Shown piece after piece: positions 36,866-50,020 of a stretch of 64,000 nt of DNA (position 1 is the first letter of the stretch; every line of letters starts with the position of its first letter). The notes under the pieces are model-generated. The model was given only the letters and a program-made list of their open reading frames with translations, was not told the origin of the DNA and did no database searches. The translations under genes were made by a program, and so were the position numbers. The DNA is from Chiloscyllium plagiosum (Eukaryota): positions 43,643,458 to 43,707,457 of the forward strand of contig NC_057728.1 of assembly GCF_004010195.1 (NCBI RefSeq), read 5' to 3'.

Positions 36866-37570
36866 AAAAAAACACAGATGCTGGAGATCTGAAAAAAATT
36901 GATGGCAAAACTCAAGTCTTCTGTGGGAAGTAAGCAAAGTTAATGTTTTGAGGCCGTTGACTCTCCACCAGAGGCTGGAAGACATGGAAGGAGGAATTCA
37001 GACTCTAAAATTATTGAACTCAATATTAAATCTTAAATGTTGTAGGGTTCTTAAATGGGTAATGAGATGTCATTCTTTCAGTTTATGTTGAGCCTTGCTG
37101 GTGGGTTGCAGTAAGCCTGAAACCAAAATGTTAGCCAGGGAGCACAGTGGTGTTTTGAAGTGGCAGACAACTGGAAGCTTGGATTCATTTTTACAGAGAG
37201 AACATTGGTGTTCTGCAAAGCAGCCACCCAGTCTGCATTTTTGTCTCCCCTGTGTAGAGGAGACCACATTAGATTGAGTGAAGTGCAGGTAAATCACTTA
37301 TTTGCCTGAAAGGTCTGTCTGGAGCCTTCAATTGTGAAAAAGGAGGAGACAGACATGCAAATGTTGCACTTTCTGCAAAGTTGTGTTATGGGGGTCTGGG
37401 AAGGTATTGGGAGTTGAGGAGGAGTGGACCAGGGCAACTCTGAGGGAACAGTCCTCATAAAATGCTGACAAGGGGAGGGGATTATGTGTCTGGAGGTGGC
37501 AAAAAATGGTGGTTTCCAACTCCTTGAATACAGATGCTGGTGGGGTGAAAAATGAAAACCATCTGTTCTG
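36866..37570 (-). mobile_element. Penelope-like fragment
   Basis: RLGGCFAEHQ..LPVVCHF GIY-YIG remnant; cagatgctggagatctg pLTR end. Confidence 0.75.
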
Positions 37571-37675
37571 ATAATGCCAACTTCCATGGGAAGGTTGCTC
37601 AGAAATTACCATAAGACTATAATATATAGCAGCAGAAATAGGTCATCTGGCCAAGTCTCCTTCACAATTCTATCA

Positions 37676-37877
37676 CAGATAGAGACAAAAAAAAACCTGC
37701 AAATGCTGGAATCCAAAGCAGACAGGCAGAAGGCTGGAAAAACAAAGCAAGCCAGGCAGCATCAGGAGGCATAGAAGTCAACATTTCGGGTGTAGCCCTG
37801 AGTCCTGAAGAAGGGTTACACCTGAAATGTCGACTTCAACACTTCCTGAAGTGTCTGGCTCGTTATGTTCTTCCGAC
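37676..37877. mobile_element. Palindromic Penelope-type mini-element inserted in a CR1 3' end
   Basis: Inverted arms around ~37800; TSD CAC(A/C)ATTCTATCA at 37663-75 and 37878-90. Confidence 0.8.
37801..37835 (+). ncRNA. Minimal hammerhead ribozyme motif
   Basis: agtc-CTGAAGA-agggttacacct-GAAA-tg-TC-gact; perfect 4-bp stem I agtc/gact. Confidence 0.7.
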
Positions 37878-39239
37878 CACCATTCTATCATGGCTGATAT
37901 GTTTCTCAACCCTATTCACATTCCTTATCCCCATAATCTTTGATCCCCTTAATAATCAAAAACTCTCCTACCTCTGTCTTAAATACACTCAGAGATTTAG
38001 CTTCCATAGCCGTCTGCAGCCTGGAGTTCCACAAATTCACAATCCCTGCCTGAAAAAATTCTTCATCTCAGTTCAAAAGGATTATCCCTTCACTCTGAAA
38101 CTATACCCTTACTCCTAGTCTCTCCTTCTACTGGAAATATCTTCTCCATATTCACTCCATCCAAGCCTTTCAGCATTCCATAAGTTTCAATCAGAGCCCC
38201 TCATCATTGAGAACAGACCCAGAGTTCTGAACTGCTCATCAAATAACAAGCCAATCATCCCCAGGATCATTCTTGTAAACCTCTCTGGACCCCCTCCAAA
38301 GCTAGTGTCCATCTTTACCCTCAACAAATGATTCCCCACACTGTGATTAATTTGGCACTTAGCTATGTCCAATCCATTTGTTAGAACAGTACAACACAGG
38401 AACAGGTCCTTGGCCCACTATGTCTGTGGTGACCATAATGTTATTCTGAACTAAACTCTTCTGTGCATTCTCTGCCTGTTCATGTGTCTGTCTAAATGTC
38501 TCTTAAACTTGCTATCACATCTACTTCCACAACCTCCCTTGGCAGCATGTTTCAGGCACTTACTACCCTATGTTTAAAAAAAAACGTTTCTCGCACATTT
38601 CCTTTAAACTTTCTCCTTCTCATCTTAACCGATGTAGAGTATTCAACATTTCCACCCTGAGAATGTGATTCCGACTATTCACCCTATCCATGTCCTGCAT
38701 AATTTTATATACTTCTATCAGGTTGCGCCCCTCAGCCTCCGATGCTCAAGTAAAAACAATCCAGGTTTGTCCAGCCTCTCCTCATAGCTTATACACTCCA
38801 ATCCAGGCAACATCCTGGTATCCTCTTCTACACCCTCTCCAAAGCCTCCACATCCTTCTACTCTGCAGCAACCCAAAACTGCACACACGACTCCAAATGT
38901 GGTTTGACTAAAATCATATACAGTTGCACCATGACTTGCCAACTTTTATACTCAATGGCCTGACTGATCAAGCATGCAGTATGCCTTCGTCACCACTTTC
39001 ATATCAACATCATCCACAGATCCAGGTGCTCCATGTGGCAAATCAGGAACCGCAACTGAACATAATTACCACATACATAGTCACCATGAACACTGGACGT
39101 GCCTCTGATTTTCCACATATTGCAGGAGGAGCATTCCAAGGGGCTGAGTTCCCCTGAATTATGAACCTTATCAACAACAGACAATAATCTAGGAACCAAT
39201 TAAATAACGTTACCCACAACTCACCAAAATCAAATTTCC

Positions 39240-40190
39240 CATACTTCTGCCCTCATCCTTTCACTTCCCTCCCATTACACTGATAGGGTTCCTTTGGTCC
39301 TCACTTTCCACCAACCAGTAGCCCGTCATAAGCCACCATTTCCACCAGCTCCAGCAGGATACTACTACCAGACACATATTCCCCTACGTTCCCCTGTCAG
39401 ATTTTGTGGGGACTGTTCCCTACAGTAGACCCTTTTCCCCTCATGCTCAACTCCCAGTACCTGCCCCCACCTCCCATAGCAATGACCATGCAATCGTACA
39501 TGGTGCAACACATTCCTATTTAACTCCTCCCTCCTCACTGTACAAGGCTCCAGAGGTACCTTCCAGGTAAAGCAGTGATTTACCTGCACTTCAATCAATC
39601 TAGTCCACTGTATTCATTGCACACAGTGTGGTTTCCTCTACACTGGGTAACCACTTTGCAGAGCACCTATATTCTGTCTGTAAAATTGACTCCAAGCTTC
39701 CAATCACTTGCCACTTCAACAACTACCATGCTCTCTGGCCTACATTTCCGTCTCAGGCCTGTTGCAGTGCTCCAGCTTCCAATCGGCAAGCGTACAGCCT
39801 TCAAGACTCAATATCGAGTTCAATAATTTTAGAGCCTGAATACTTCCTTCTATGTCTTTACCCACCTTAAGTCCTATCATGACAAGGGCTGATTTCAGCT
39901 AACCATTTTTACCCACTCATTGTCCCATTTATTAGCTTTGCTCCTTTCCCAACTTACCATTAACCATCCTTTGTCTGCCTAACTTTCTTTCTCAATCCCT
40001 CTCCCTCGGCTCTATCTCTTCCTAACACTCACTCCTTTCTATCCTCTACCTCCTGTCATCAGCAAGTATACCACCCTTACTAATTACTATCGGTTCAGAA
40101 GAAGGATCGTGGGACTCAAAGCATAAACTCTGCTTTCTCTGCACAGTTGCTGCCAGACCTGCAGAGTTTCTCCAGCAATTTCTGTTTTTG
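39240..40190 (+). mobile_element. Penelope-like fragment with pLTR tail
   Basis: DRVPLVLTFH, LGNHFAEHL..LPITCHFN; gctgccagacctgc..agtttctccagcaat tail; decayed hammerhead at ~40095-40125. Confidence 0.8.
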
Positions 40191-40193
40191 TTA

Positions 40194-40700
40194 AAGATCA
40201 AAGTCTATCAGACAGTGGTTCTTACATCATGTCTTTATGGTTACAAAATATCAATGACCAACCAGCATCACATTAGCAAATAGAAGCAATCCGTCTTTGC
40301 TGTCTGTGGTTTATTTGCAACATCAGGTGACGGACAAAATTCTCAATACCAAGGATCATGTAAAATCATGTATACCTGGCATGGAGTGTTGCTTATCAGA
40401 GCTCAGCTTTGCTGGCTTGGTCATTTGGCTTGCATGATACAAAAGGCAGTATACTACAGTCAGCTGAGCATAAGAACCCCCAAAACCTGGGCATTTCAAA
40501 CTTAGATTTGAAGATGATATGAAAGCCAACCTCAGTGCTTACAAGCCAAAACCCAGTATACTGACAAAAAAACTTGGACAGACCCAAATGGAGATGACTG
40601 TCATGAAGTGATTTCAACATTTGATGAGAACAGAGCTGAATATCCTCTGGACAAATGAGTGCTACACAAAGCCAACGTTTCCATCCATCTCTCAACATTG
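40194..40700 (+). mobile_element. RTE-clade LINE C-terminal fragment
   Basis: KIKVYQTVVLTSCLYG..., AQLCWLGHLACM. Confidence 0.7.
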
Positions 40701-40899
40701 ACCTCCTTTGCAATATTCACATGTGGTTATGCAAACTGAGACATAGTCAAATGTCACACAGAGAACAATGTCAGCCTAGACTGTAAATTGCTATCTTTGT
40801 TTTACTGAAGCAATAAAATTCAATTTATTCCAAACATTACCAAACTTTTGTTGAAAGCAGTCATTACAGCAAAGACTTAGAGGCCCTTGTAACACCCCA

Positions 40900-42225
40900 G
40901 TTATAATAGGCAAAACTTATGTTCCAGAATTAGACACGTTCCCTAAGTAAGTTGTTCCAGTGCAGCTACAACATTGGCAATGCCAAGCGATGAGAAAAAT
41001 TGCCTGGGTATGTCCTTTCCTCAAAAAAAAGGTAAATTCTACCCAATCAATTACCACCATATCTGAATCATTAGTGAGGCAATGTAAGATGTCACTGACC
41101 TGACTACTAAGCATCATTTTCACAGCAACAATCCAATCATTAACACTCAGTTTGGATTCTGCCATAAGCACTAGGCCCCTGTCCACATTTCAGCTTTAGT
41201 CTAAATATAGAATATAGATTTGAAATGTAGATGTGATTTGGGTATGACTGCCCTGGACATCAAGGCAGCATTTGCCCAAGAGTGACATCAAGAAACCCTG
41301 GAAAAACTAAAGTTGACAGAAATGAAGGAAAAATTTCCACTGATTGGAGTCATAACCTAAGTCATTACAAAGGAAGATGGTTGTGATTGATTCAGAGGAA
41401 AGGCTCCAATCCCTCTGTCCGAGGACAAATCTGCTCCTAAATCTAATTGTGCCTTTTTCTGTAAAACTTTTAACAGGTACTGGTGTACGATGAGGAGATG
41501 AACTCGGTCTGGAGCTTCCAGACTGATTAGATTATTCAAATTACATTCAAATTAAAACTATTCTGATTAGTTTTGTGACAGAGTATTTTATTCATTTTTT
41601 TATTTAAACTTTTTTTTAATATATGAACTACAGTGTACCCAAAATGAATTGCCAAATGAAATTTTGGTAAGAAACAATGAAGTAAAATGAAGTGAAATTG
41701 AGGCTAATTATCTCTAGGACATCATTGCAGGAGTTCCTCACAATAGTATTGTAGGCTCAACCATCTTCAGCTTCTTCACCAAGAGCATCTTTCCATCAAA
41801 AGGTCAAGAAGTGGGGATGTTCATTGATGATTGCAGTGTTCAGCATATTTTACAGTTCCTCAGACATTGCAGAAACCTGTGTCCATTGCAGTAAGACTTG
41901 AACAACATTCAGACATGGTTGGTGAGTGGCAAGGAACATTTATGCCACAAGAGTGTTGGACAATAACAACATCAACAAGAAAGAATCTATCCATTAACCC
42001 TTTACACTCAATGGCATTATCTTCACTGATGTCCTCACTTTTAACATCCTGGGGGGTTGTCACTGACCACAAATAAAATTGGATTAGCTACACAAAAATA
42101 ATGTGGGCACAGAAGGAAATCGGGAAATTCTGCAGCAAGTAACTCACCTCCTGACTCCTCAAGCTTATCCATCATCTGCAAGGCATAAATAAAGTGTGAT
42201 GGAATACTTGCCTGAATGAGTGCCC
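40900..42225 (+). mobile_element. Old CR1/L2-like LINE RT fragment, interrupted at ~41410-41700
   Basis: ALDIKAAF, GVPHNSIVG, FIDDC motifs. Confidence 0.7.
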
Positions 42226-43181
42226 ACCCAGCAGGTGAGGACTGCTGGATTCAGCAGTTAAGTTTTGACTGTGAGCTAGAAGGAGCAGGACTGCATTCTC
42301 CCAGCCCCCAAAATCTCCATCTGAACCACTCCTGCTATCAGCCAAACAAACACCTCCTCCTGTATCTGGCTTTGGAAATCAAGTAACCCCCACACCTATG
42401 TAAACACTTCATAATCCCAGAGTTGCAATCTTGCACACATTTAGCCTTTCCAAACTCCACTGTCTCTAATCTCTTGTCTTTTCAATTTCTCCCTCCTCTG
42501 CTAGTGTCTGGGAATGCTTGGATACCACTGTGATCCAGGGCAAACATGTCTGCACTAACGTCCTTTAACACTTGAGTTAACAAACTGGTGGCTGAACCAT
42601 TGCAAAGCATCTTTGAGGAAGAAAAGTGCCTGGATCCTTTCTACCAGGATGCAGTCACACCACTTATGATAGGGTTTTAGATTTGGTCGGTGAGCAAATC
42701 AGGGTCAGAAGAGTTTGACTGTGAATGAGATAGGTAAAGGAACTCAAAAGGCAGGAATGCAAAAGTGTTAACCTCTGCAATTTTAGATTTGCTCAGCCTG
42801 CATAGATGAGTGTGAGGACTGCAAGATTGATGAGTAAACTTGATATCATTATGTAGGAGACATTCAAGTGAAGTGTGCCATGAGAAATGTAACAGTGGTA
42901 GTTGTAGTAGTAGAAGATAATAAAGGGAGTGAGATTGGCACCGTTCTCATCAGCAAAGCAATAATGTCCATATGACTACACTGCCTGCCTGCTATCAGAG
43001 TTTGGGAAATATGCTCAGGGCTGGAAAGGAACTTGCAATGGGAGGAGAAAAATCCAGTTATCATAGTCTATATAGGTTCCAATGACATAGGTAGAACTGG
43101 GAAATACCACCTGCACAGAGTGAATGGGAGCTAGGCAATAAATTAAAAAGCTGAGCCTCAAAAGATTATAATTGCTGGGTT

Positions 43182-43550
43182 TTAGATTAGATTAAATTCC
43201 CTATAGTATGGAAACAGGCCCTTCGGCCCAACAAGTCCACACCGGCCCTCCAAAGAGTAACTCACCCAGACCCCTTCCCCTACATTGACCCCTGACTAAT
43301 GCACCTAACACTACGGACAATTTAGCATGGCCAATTCACCTAACCTGCACATCTTTGGATTGTGGGAGGAAACCGGAGCACCTGGAGGAGTCCCACACAG
43401 ACACGGGGAGAATTGCAAACTCCACACAGAAGTTGTCCGAGGCAGGAATCGAACCTGGGACCTTGGCACTGTGAGGCAGCAGTGCTAACTATTGAGTCGC
43501 CGTGCCATCCCTGAGCTGCCGTGCTACCCCCTGAGCCATTGTGCCACCCC
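43182..43550 (-). mobile_element. HE1 SINE with a triplicated 5' head
   Basis: Typical core and tail; three ~20-nt head units at 43493-43550. Confidence 0.9.
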
Positions 43551-45112
43551 GGTTTCCAGGAGGTTATTACCAGAGCCAAGTAAAAACTGGCATTGGGTAC
43601 ATAAAAGTAAAGAGATGAGTATGTGGCTCAAAGATTGGTGTTGGAGAAATTGGTTTCAGTGCATGGGCCACTGGGGACATCAGTACTGGTGAAAGTGAGG
43701 GCTGTACCATGGGATGATCTACCCTGAACCATCTTGTGAAATGCATCACTAAAGAAGTGAAGAGGGTTTTAAATAGTAGTGGGCTAGGGATCAAAAGTGG
43801 AAAGATGTAGGAGATCAAACAGCAGAGACAAGCTAAGTGAGCAAAACATTAAAATGAGAAATGAGAGTCAGAGGAGCACAGATTTTAAAAAAACTCAGAA
43901 TACATCAACAGTCAAGGTTATATCTTACCAAGATAACAAAAAGTCAAAACTAAAGGTTCTGAATCCAAATGTGCATGGCATTCAAAACAGAAGTAATGAA
44001 TTGGTTGCACAAATTGAAGTAAATAAATAGAGAATTATTTGATCTTCAAGAAGAGATGAAATACTATTAACCAAGATGGCATCTATGCAATTCAATAGAT
44101 GACCGTGATTCAGCAGATCAGTTAGTGTACAAATTGTTTGGATGGAAATAAGGAATAGTAGGAGAAAGACATCACGTGTGGGAATGATCTACAGGACCAT
44201 TGACTATAACCACATTGTGAAACACAATATACAAGAAGAAATATTTGGTGCTTGTCATAAAGGGACAGCAATAATTATGAATGACTTCAATCTACATATA
44301 AAATGTAAATATGAGATTCATAGTAGTGGCCTGGATGAGAAGTTCACAGAATACTTCTGAGGTATTTCCTCAAGGAGCACATTCTGGAACCAAGCTGAGG
44401 GTAGATATAGAAGGCTTAGTATTGTATAATGGAACAGAAATAATTAGTGACCTCAGAACAAAGAGATCCTTGGGTAACAGCAGACCACAATAAGACTGAA
44501 TTTTATTTCCAGTTTGTAAAAGAGTAAATTGGGTGTAAGACTAGTCTATTAAACTGAAATAGGGCATCTATGTGGGCATGAAAGCTGAGCTAGCTGAAGT
44601 GAACTGACATTCTAAGAACTAGATCAATACAGACATACAGGCAGACCTTTCGGAGAAAGGAAAGTCCACCGTCTGTGGTTAACTAAAGTAGTTCACAGAA
44701 ATACCAAAATTAAGGAAAACCATATAACTGTAGACAGGTGAGTGACTGGTCAGATGATTGGTCAGAGTAGAAAGACTGGCAGAGAATGAGTAAAAGGTTA
44801 ATCAGGAGAAAGATGTTAGAGAATAAGAGGAAGCTACCTAAGGATGTAAAAGCAGATAGCAAGGAGTATATACTGGTATCTAAAAAGGAAAACAAGAAGT
44901 AAAATGACTGTTAGTTCTCTGGACAGTTAATGGTAGATAATAAGGAAATGGTGGATGAAACAAATGCCCTGAGCATACAAAAACATGGCAGTAATAGATA
45001 CATTGACAAATGGAAGGGAAAAGGAAGCTTAGTGAAATTATAATCACAAGAGAAGCAAAACTAGGTAAACTGAGGGAGCTACATGCTGATGTGGACTCAG
45101 ATCCATAAGGAG

Positions 45113-46020
45113 TTCAGAGCAGTAGATGTGATCTATATGGACTTCAGTAAGGCGTTCGACAAGGTTCCCCATGGAAGACTAATGATAGGCTGAGAAGTGG
45201 CAGATGGAGTTTAATTCAGATAAATGTAAGGTGCTGCATTTTGGGAAAGCAAATCTTAGCAGGACCTATATCCTTAATGGTAAGGTCCTAGGGAGTATTG
45301 CTGAACAAAGAAACCATGGAGTGCAGGTTCATAGCTCCTTGAAAGTGGAGTCGCAGATAGATAGGATAGCGAAGAAGACGTTTGGTATGCTTTCCTTTAT
45401 TGGTCAGAGTATTGAGTACAGGAGTTGGGAGGTCATGTTGCAGCTGTACAGAACATTGGTTAGGCCACTGTTGGAATATTGCATGCAATTCTGGTCTCCT
45501 TCCTATCGGAAAGATGTTGTGAAACTTGAAAGGGTTCAGAAAAGACTTACAAGGATGTTGCCAGGGTTGGAGGATTTGAGCTATAGGGTGAGGCTGAACA
45601 GGCTGGGGCTGTTTTCCCTGGATCGTCGGAGACTGAGGGGTGACCTTATAGAGGTTTACAAAATTATGAGGGGCATGGATAGGATAAATAGGCAAAGTCT
45701 TTTCCCTGGGGTCGGGCAGTCCAGAACTAGAGGGCATAGTTTTAGGGTGAGAGGGGAAAGATATAAAAGAAACCTAAGGGGCAACATTTTCACGCAGAGG
45801 GTGGTGCATGTATGGAATGAGCTGACAGAGGAAATGGTGGAAGCCGGTACAATTGCAACATTTAAGAGGCATTTGTATGGGTATATGAATAGGAAGGGTT
45901 TGGAGGGATATGGGCCGGTTGCTGACAGTTGGGACGAGATTGGGTTGGGATATCTGGTCGGCATGGACGGGTTAGACCGAAGGATCTGTTTCCATGCTGT
46001 ACATCTCTATGACTCTATGG
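45113..46020 (+). mobile_element. Younger CR1 3' fragment with internal deletion, same subfamily as 5247-7477
   Basis: 275-aa open C-terminal ORF2; closely matches 6280-6338 and 6650-7470; ctctatgactctatg tail. Confidence 0.93.
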
Positions 46021-46444
46021 AATGCTGGTGACTGATTAGTTAGTACATCCATTGGTGTGAATATTTCAACATTCCCTAGATTCAAGAAGGGTCCATTGGA
46101 CTGGAAAAACACAAATATAACCCCTCTATTCAGGAAGGGAGAGAAGCAAAGTTACCTTTACATCTCTCATGGTGAAGTGTTAAAATCGATCATTAAATAG
46201 ATTATAGCTGTGCACTGAGAAAAATTCCAAGTAAGCAGAAAGACTCAGCATGGTTTCATCAAAGGAAAATCATGTTTAACCAATCCATTGGAGCTTTTTG
46301 AAGGAGTAACAAACTATGGACAAAGTAGAGCCTGTGATACTATACTTGAATTTCCAAAAGTCGTTTGATAAGGTGCCACCTCAAAGTTATTGCAGAAGAT
46401 AAAAGCTCATGGTGTAGTGGGTAACACATTACCACAGATATACA

Positions 46445-46600
46445 CAACAGATCTTCAGAATGAGGAAGGATCAATGGACCCAAAATGTTAACTTGGATTT
46501 CTCTTCACAGATGCTGCCAGACCTCCTGAGCTTTTCCAGAAACTTATGATTTTGTTTCTGATTTACAGCAACCGCAGTTATTTCAGTTTTATTATCATAG
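46445..46600 (+). mobile_element. Penelope pLTR tail fragment
   Basis: cagatgctgccagacctcctgagcttttccag; decayed hammerhead-like tgaggaaggatc..gacccaaaatgtt; flanks cacagatat/catagatat. Confidence 0.65.
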
Positions 46601-47204
46601 ATATGGCTGGGTGACTGGCAGAAAATAAACATGATGCATAAATAGATCTTTGCTTGATTGGCAGAATGTGACAAATTGAATTTCACACAGGACTGTCCTG
46701 CGACTTTAATTTTACAATTTACATCAATGCCTTGAAGGAGGCGAGTGGTGACATGGGAGATAAATTCACAGTTGACAAATAAACAAAACAATAAAATAAA
46801 TAAAACAAATAAAAAAACAAGTAAGTTCATTGGCTGCGTAGCCCTTTCAGGAGCCAGTACAGAGGTCGGATTGTCTCTTTCCATACCACAAAATTCTATG
46901 ATTCTACTCTTTGACACCGAGGTATGTAGAAAAGTATGTTGTGAAGGAGACATAAGGAAGTTGTAGGCAGATATAGATGGGTTCAGTGAGAGGGCAGTAA
47001 TTTGGCAAATGTCAAATATAATGGGGAAAATGGAAGGTTATTCACTTTGTCAACAAGAATGATAAAGCAAACTATTACTTAATGACTGAAGAATTCCAAG
47101 ATGTTGAAAGATTTAGGCATTCTAGGGCATGAGTCACAATGTTAGTGTATAGGTGGAGCATGCAATCAAGAAGGTTCGTGGGATGACTTCCTATTTTTTA
47201 TTGA

Positions 47205-47503
47205 AAACCTACAATATGGAAACTGGCCCTTCAGCCCAACAAGTCACACTGACCCTCTGAAGAGTATCCCATCCAAACCCATTCCTTTACCCTATTATTC
47301 TACATTTACCACAGCCCTGAACACGACAGTCAATTTAGCATGGCCAATTCACCTAACTTACACATCTTTGGATTGTGGGAGGAAACCCACACAGACACAG
47401 GGAGAATGTGCAAACTCCACATAGACAGTCGCCTGAGGTGGGAATCAAACCCGGGTCCCTGACACTATAAGGCAGCAGTGCTAACCACTGAGCCACCAAG
47501 CCA
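47205..47503 (-). mobile_element. HE1 SINE
   Basis: caatttagcatggccaattcacctaac core; ggcagcagtgctaaccactgagccacc head. Confidence 0.88.
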
Positions 47504-49689
47504 CTCTATTACAAATGGAATCGAACAGAAAAGTAAGTATGTTATTCAGTTATACAGTGAACTGGCAAGACCATGGCTCAAATACTGTATGTAATTTTGG
47601 ACTCTTTAATTAAGGAACAATGTTAAACATTCCAGGCAGTTCAGATGAAAATTGTTAGATTGATACCTGAAACTTGTGGGTTTTATGAGGGTAGGTTGGA
47701 CAAGTTGGTCTTGTTTCTACTGGAATTTGGAAGAATGAGAGGTTTTTTTCATTAAGTACACAAAATTTTGAATGGTCTTGGAAGGTGGACATTGAAAGAA
47801 TGTTTCCATTTTTAAGTCAGTACAGAACAAGTGGGCACCAATTTAAAATTAGTTGCAGTAACAAGACTGAGATGAGGAGAAATTATTTTTCTCTCAGAAG
47901 GTCAGAAAAATATAAAAAGGAACATATGCCATTCACCCCTTAGAGTGTTCCAATAATCAATATGATCATGGCTGATCATCCTGTTCAACACTCAGTTTGT
48001 ATTTTTTATCCCTTTAGCCCTAAGAACAATACCTCTCTTCGCAATCATTCAATGTTTTGGCTTCAAACATTTTCTGTGGTAGAAAATCCTACAGGCTCAC
48101 CCTTCTCTGGGTGAACAAATTTCTCCTCACCTCAGTCCTAATTAGCCTACACCGTATCCTGACTGTGACCCCTAGTTCTGGACTCCCCAGTCGTTGAGCA
48201 CATCCTTCCTATATTTACCCTGCCTACTGCTGTGAGAATTTTGAATGTTTCTATGGAATCCCCCCTCATTCTTCTAACTCCAGTAAATATAGTCCTAACT
48301 AACCCAGTCTCTCTTCATAAATCAGATTTGCCATCACAGGAATCTGTCTGGTAATCTTTGTTGCATTCCCTTTTCTGCCAGAATATCTTCCCTCACATAA
48401 GAAGACCAAAACTGCACACAATATTCAAGTGTCGTCTCACCAAGTCCCTGTACAGTTGCGGCAAGATATTCTTGCTCCTGTACTCAATTTTTCTCACAGT
48501 GAAGGCCAACAAAACTTTTGCCTTCTTCGCCACCTGTTGCAGCTGCATGCTTACCTTTAAGCAATTTACTTTCACGGTTTTACAACTTTCAAACTCTCTG
48601 CCTCAGAAAGAGACAGGGTTATTGAATACTTTTCAGACAGAGGTGGATAAATTCTTGTTAGGAAGAGAATTAAGCATTACTGAGGCTAGATGGAAATGTG
48701 GAATTCAAAGGATAAAAACACATGAGCCATGATCGTACCGAATAGTAGAACAGGCTCAAGATGCTGAAATTGTCTACTGCTGTTCCTGTTTCATATGTTC
48801 ATATGTTCAGAGACTGTTTGTAGCCTCCAATCTCCCAAGATCCTTCTATCTTCCCACAACTTCTGTTTATACAATGTCTTTACCATAATAAATTGCCTAA
48901 GGTGCTTTCCAGAATTAAATTTAACACATAAGACAATATTAGGGCAATTAATAAAAAGTTTGATTCAAGAACTACCAAGAAGCACCATGAAGAAGGAAAG
49001 TAATGTAGAAAGGCAGACAAATCACAGAACAATTTCCAAGCCATAACTCCATGGTGGTTGGTGACATTTCTCTAAGAGTGGAGGAATTTAAATCAGAGAT
49101 GCTCAAGAGGCAGAATTAGAGGAAGAAAGATATCTCTGAAGATTCTGATACTTAAGGAGATTCTAGGCATAGGGAAGGGAAGGTTAATGGAGGAACTCAA
49201 ACCTAGGATGAAATTATTTACATCGAGGCATCACTTAAATGGTAGCCAATATAGCTCAGTGAACTTTCCAATAGAGTCAGTTCATCTGTTGTCTGGGACC
49301 ACTCTGCGGCTGAGGTGCAATCCTCAACGACAGTGCTCATGTTTGTAGATTTCTCAGCTCAAGCAATGATTTCTCTGCCTTCTTGCCTAGTGACTCCATA
49401 TTTTAAAAAAATACTTTTTGGTTTCTAATAAGCTTCTGCTACTGTTCCACAGCTTCTGGTAGACAGTATTTGCTTTTCTCAAAGCTGCTTCCAGGCTGAC
49501 TACTTCTACTTGTTTCCAATAGATAAAATCCAAATCAAAAAGAATTTTCCCTATAATCTATAATCATGGCAGTGTGACACATCTGAAATGTCTCAGGTAA
49601 CGATTTAATTATCTCAAACATATTCTTTGTTCTCGGTATCAACAAGAAACCATTGAAGGATGACTTCCTTGAAATTTGCATACTTTTTA

Positions 49690-50020
49690 CTGGACTTGGC
49701 AGTATAGATAGTTCCCCCTGACTAAAATCAGGGAGCGTAATCTCAGGATAAGGGGCAAGCAATTTAAAGTGAGATGAGGTGGAATTTTTTTCACTCAAGA
49801 GGTGGTAAATCTTTGGAATTCTCTGTTCCAAAGGGGTGTGGAAGCTCAATCATTGAATATGTTCAAGTGAGAAATTGATGGACTTCTGGAAATTAATGAT
49901 ACCAAGGGAACTGGAGATAATGCAGGAAAGTGACATTGAAATAAATGAACAGTAATGGTCTAATAGAATAGGTGAGCTGGCTTGATTTGCTGAATAGCCT
50001 ATTCTTGTTCTATTTCCTTT
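49690..50020 (+). mobile_element. CR1 3' fragment
   Basis: FFSLKRW / VVNLWNSL-type region and ctgaatagcctattc tail. Confidence 0.75.

Larger units (their letters stand above)
37608..39180 (-). mobile_element. Cluster of CR1 fragments (two 3' ends and an ORF1 zinc-finger piece)
   Basis: RFTRMILGM, TRMLPGLECISYEERLDK, LECSSCNMW..DYVCGNY. Confidence 0.8.
42700..48790 (+). mobile_element. Long old CR1 LINE hosting SINE, CR1 and Penelope insertions
   Basis: ORF1 esterase (VIIVYIGSNDIG, DDLP), endonuclease (MNDFNLH), RT (QHGFIKGKSCLTN, FQKSFDKVP), 3' tail near 48780; minus-strand CR1 at ~47905-48560. Confidence 0.85.

Noticed and set aside
45204..46031. Longest ORF (275 aa) as a host gene
   Set aside because: C-terminal part of CR1 ORF2 lacking the catalytic FADD region
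46460..46492. Functional hammerheads here and at ~40095-40125 and ~55496-55518
   Set aside because: CUGANGA and/or GAAA boxes are mutated or missing; kept only as Penelope remnants
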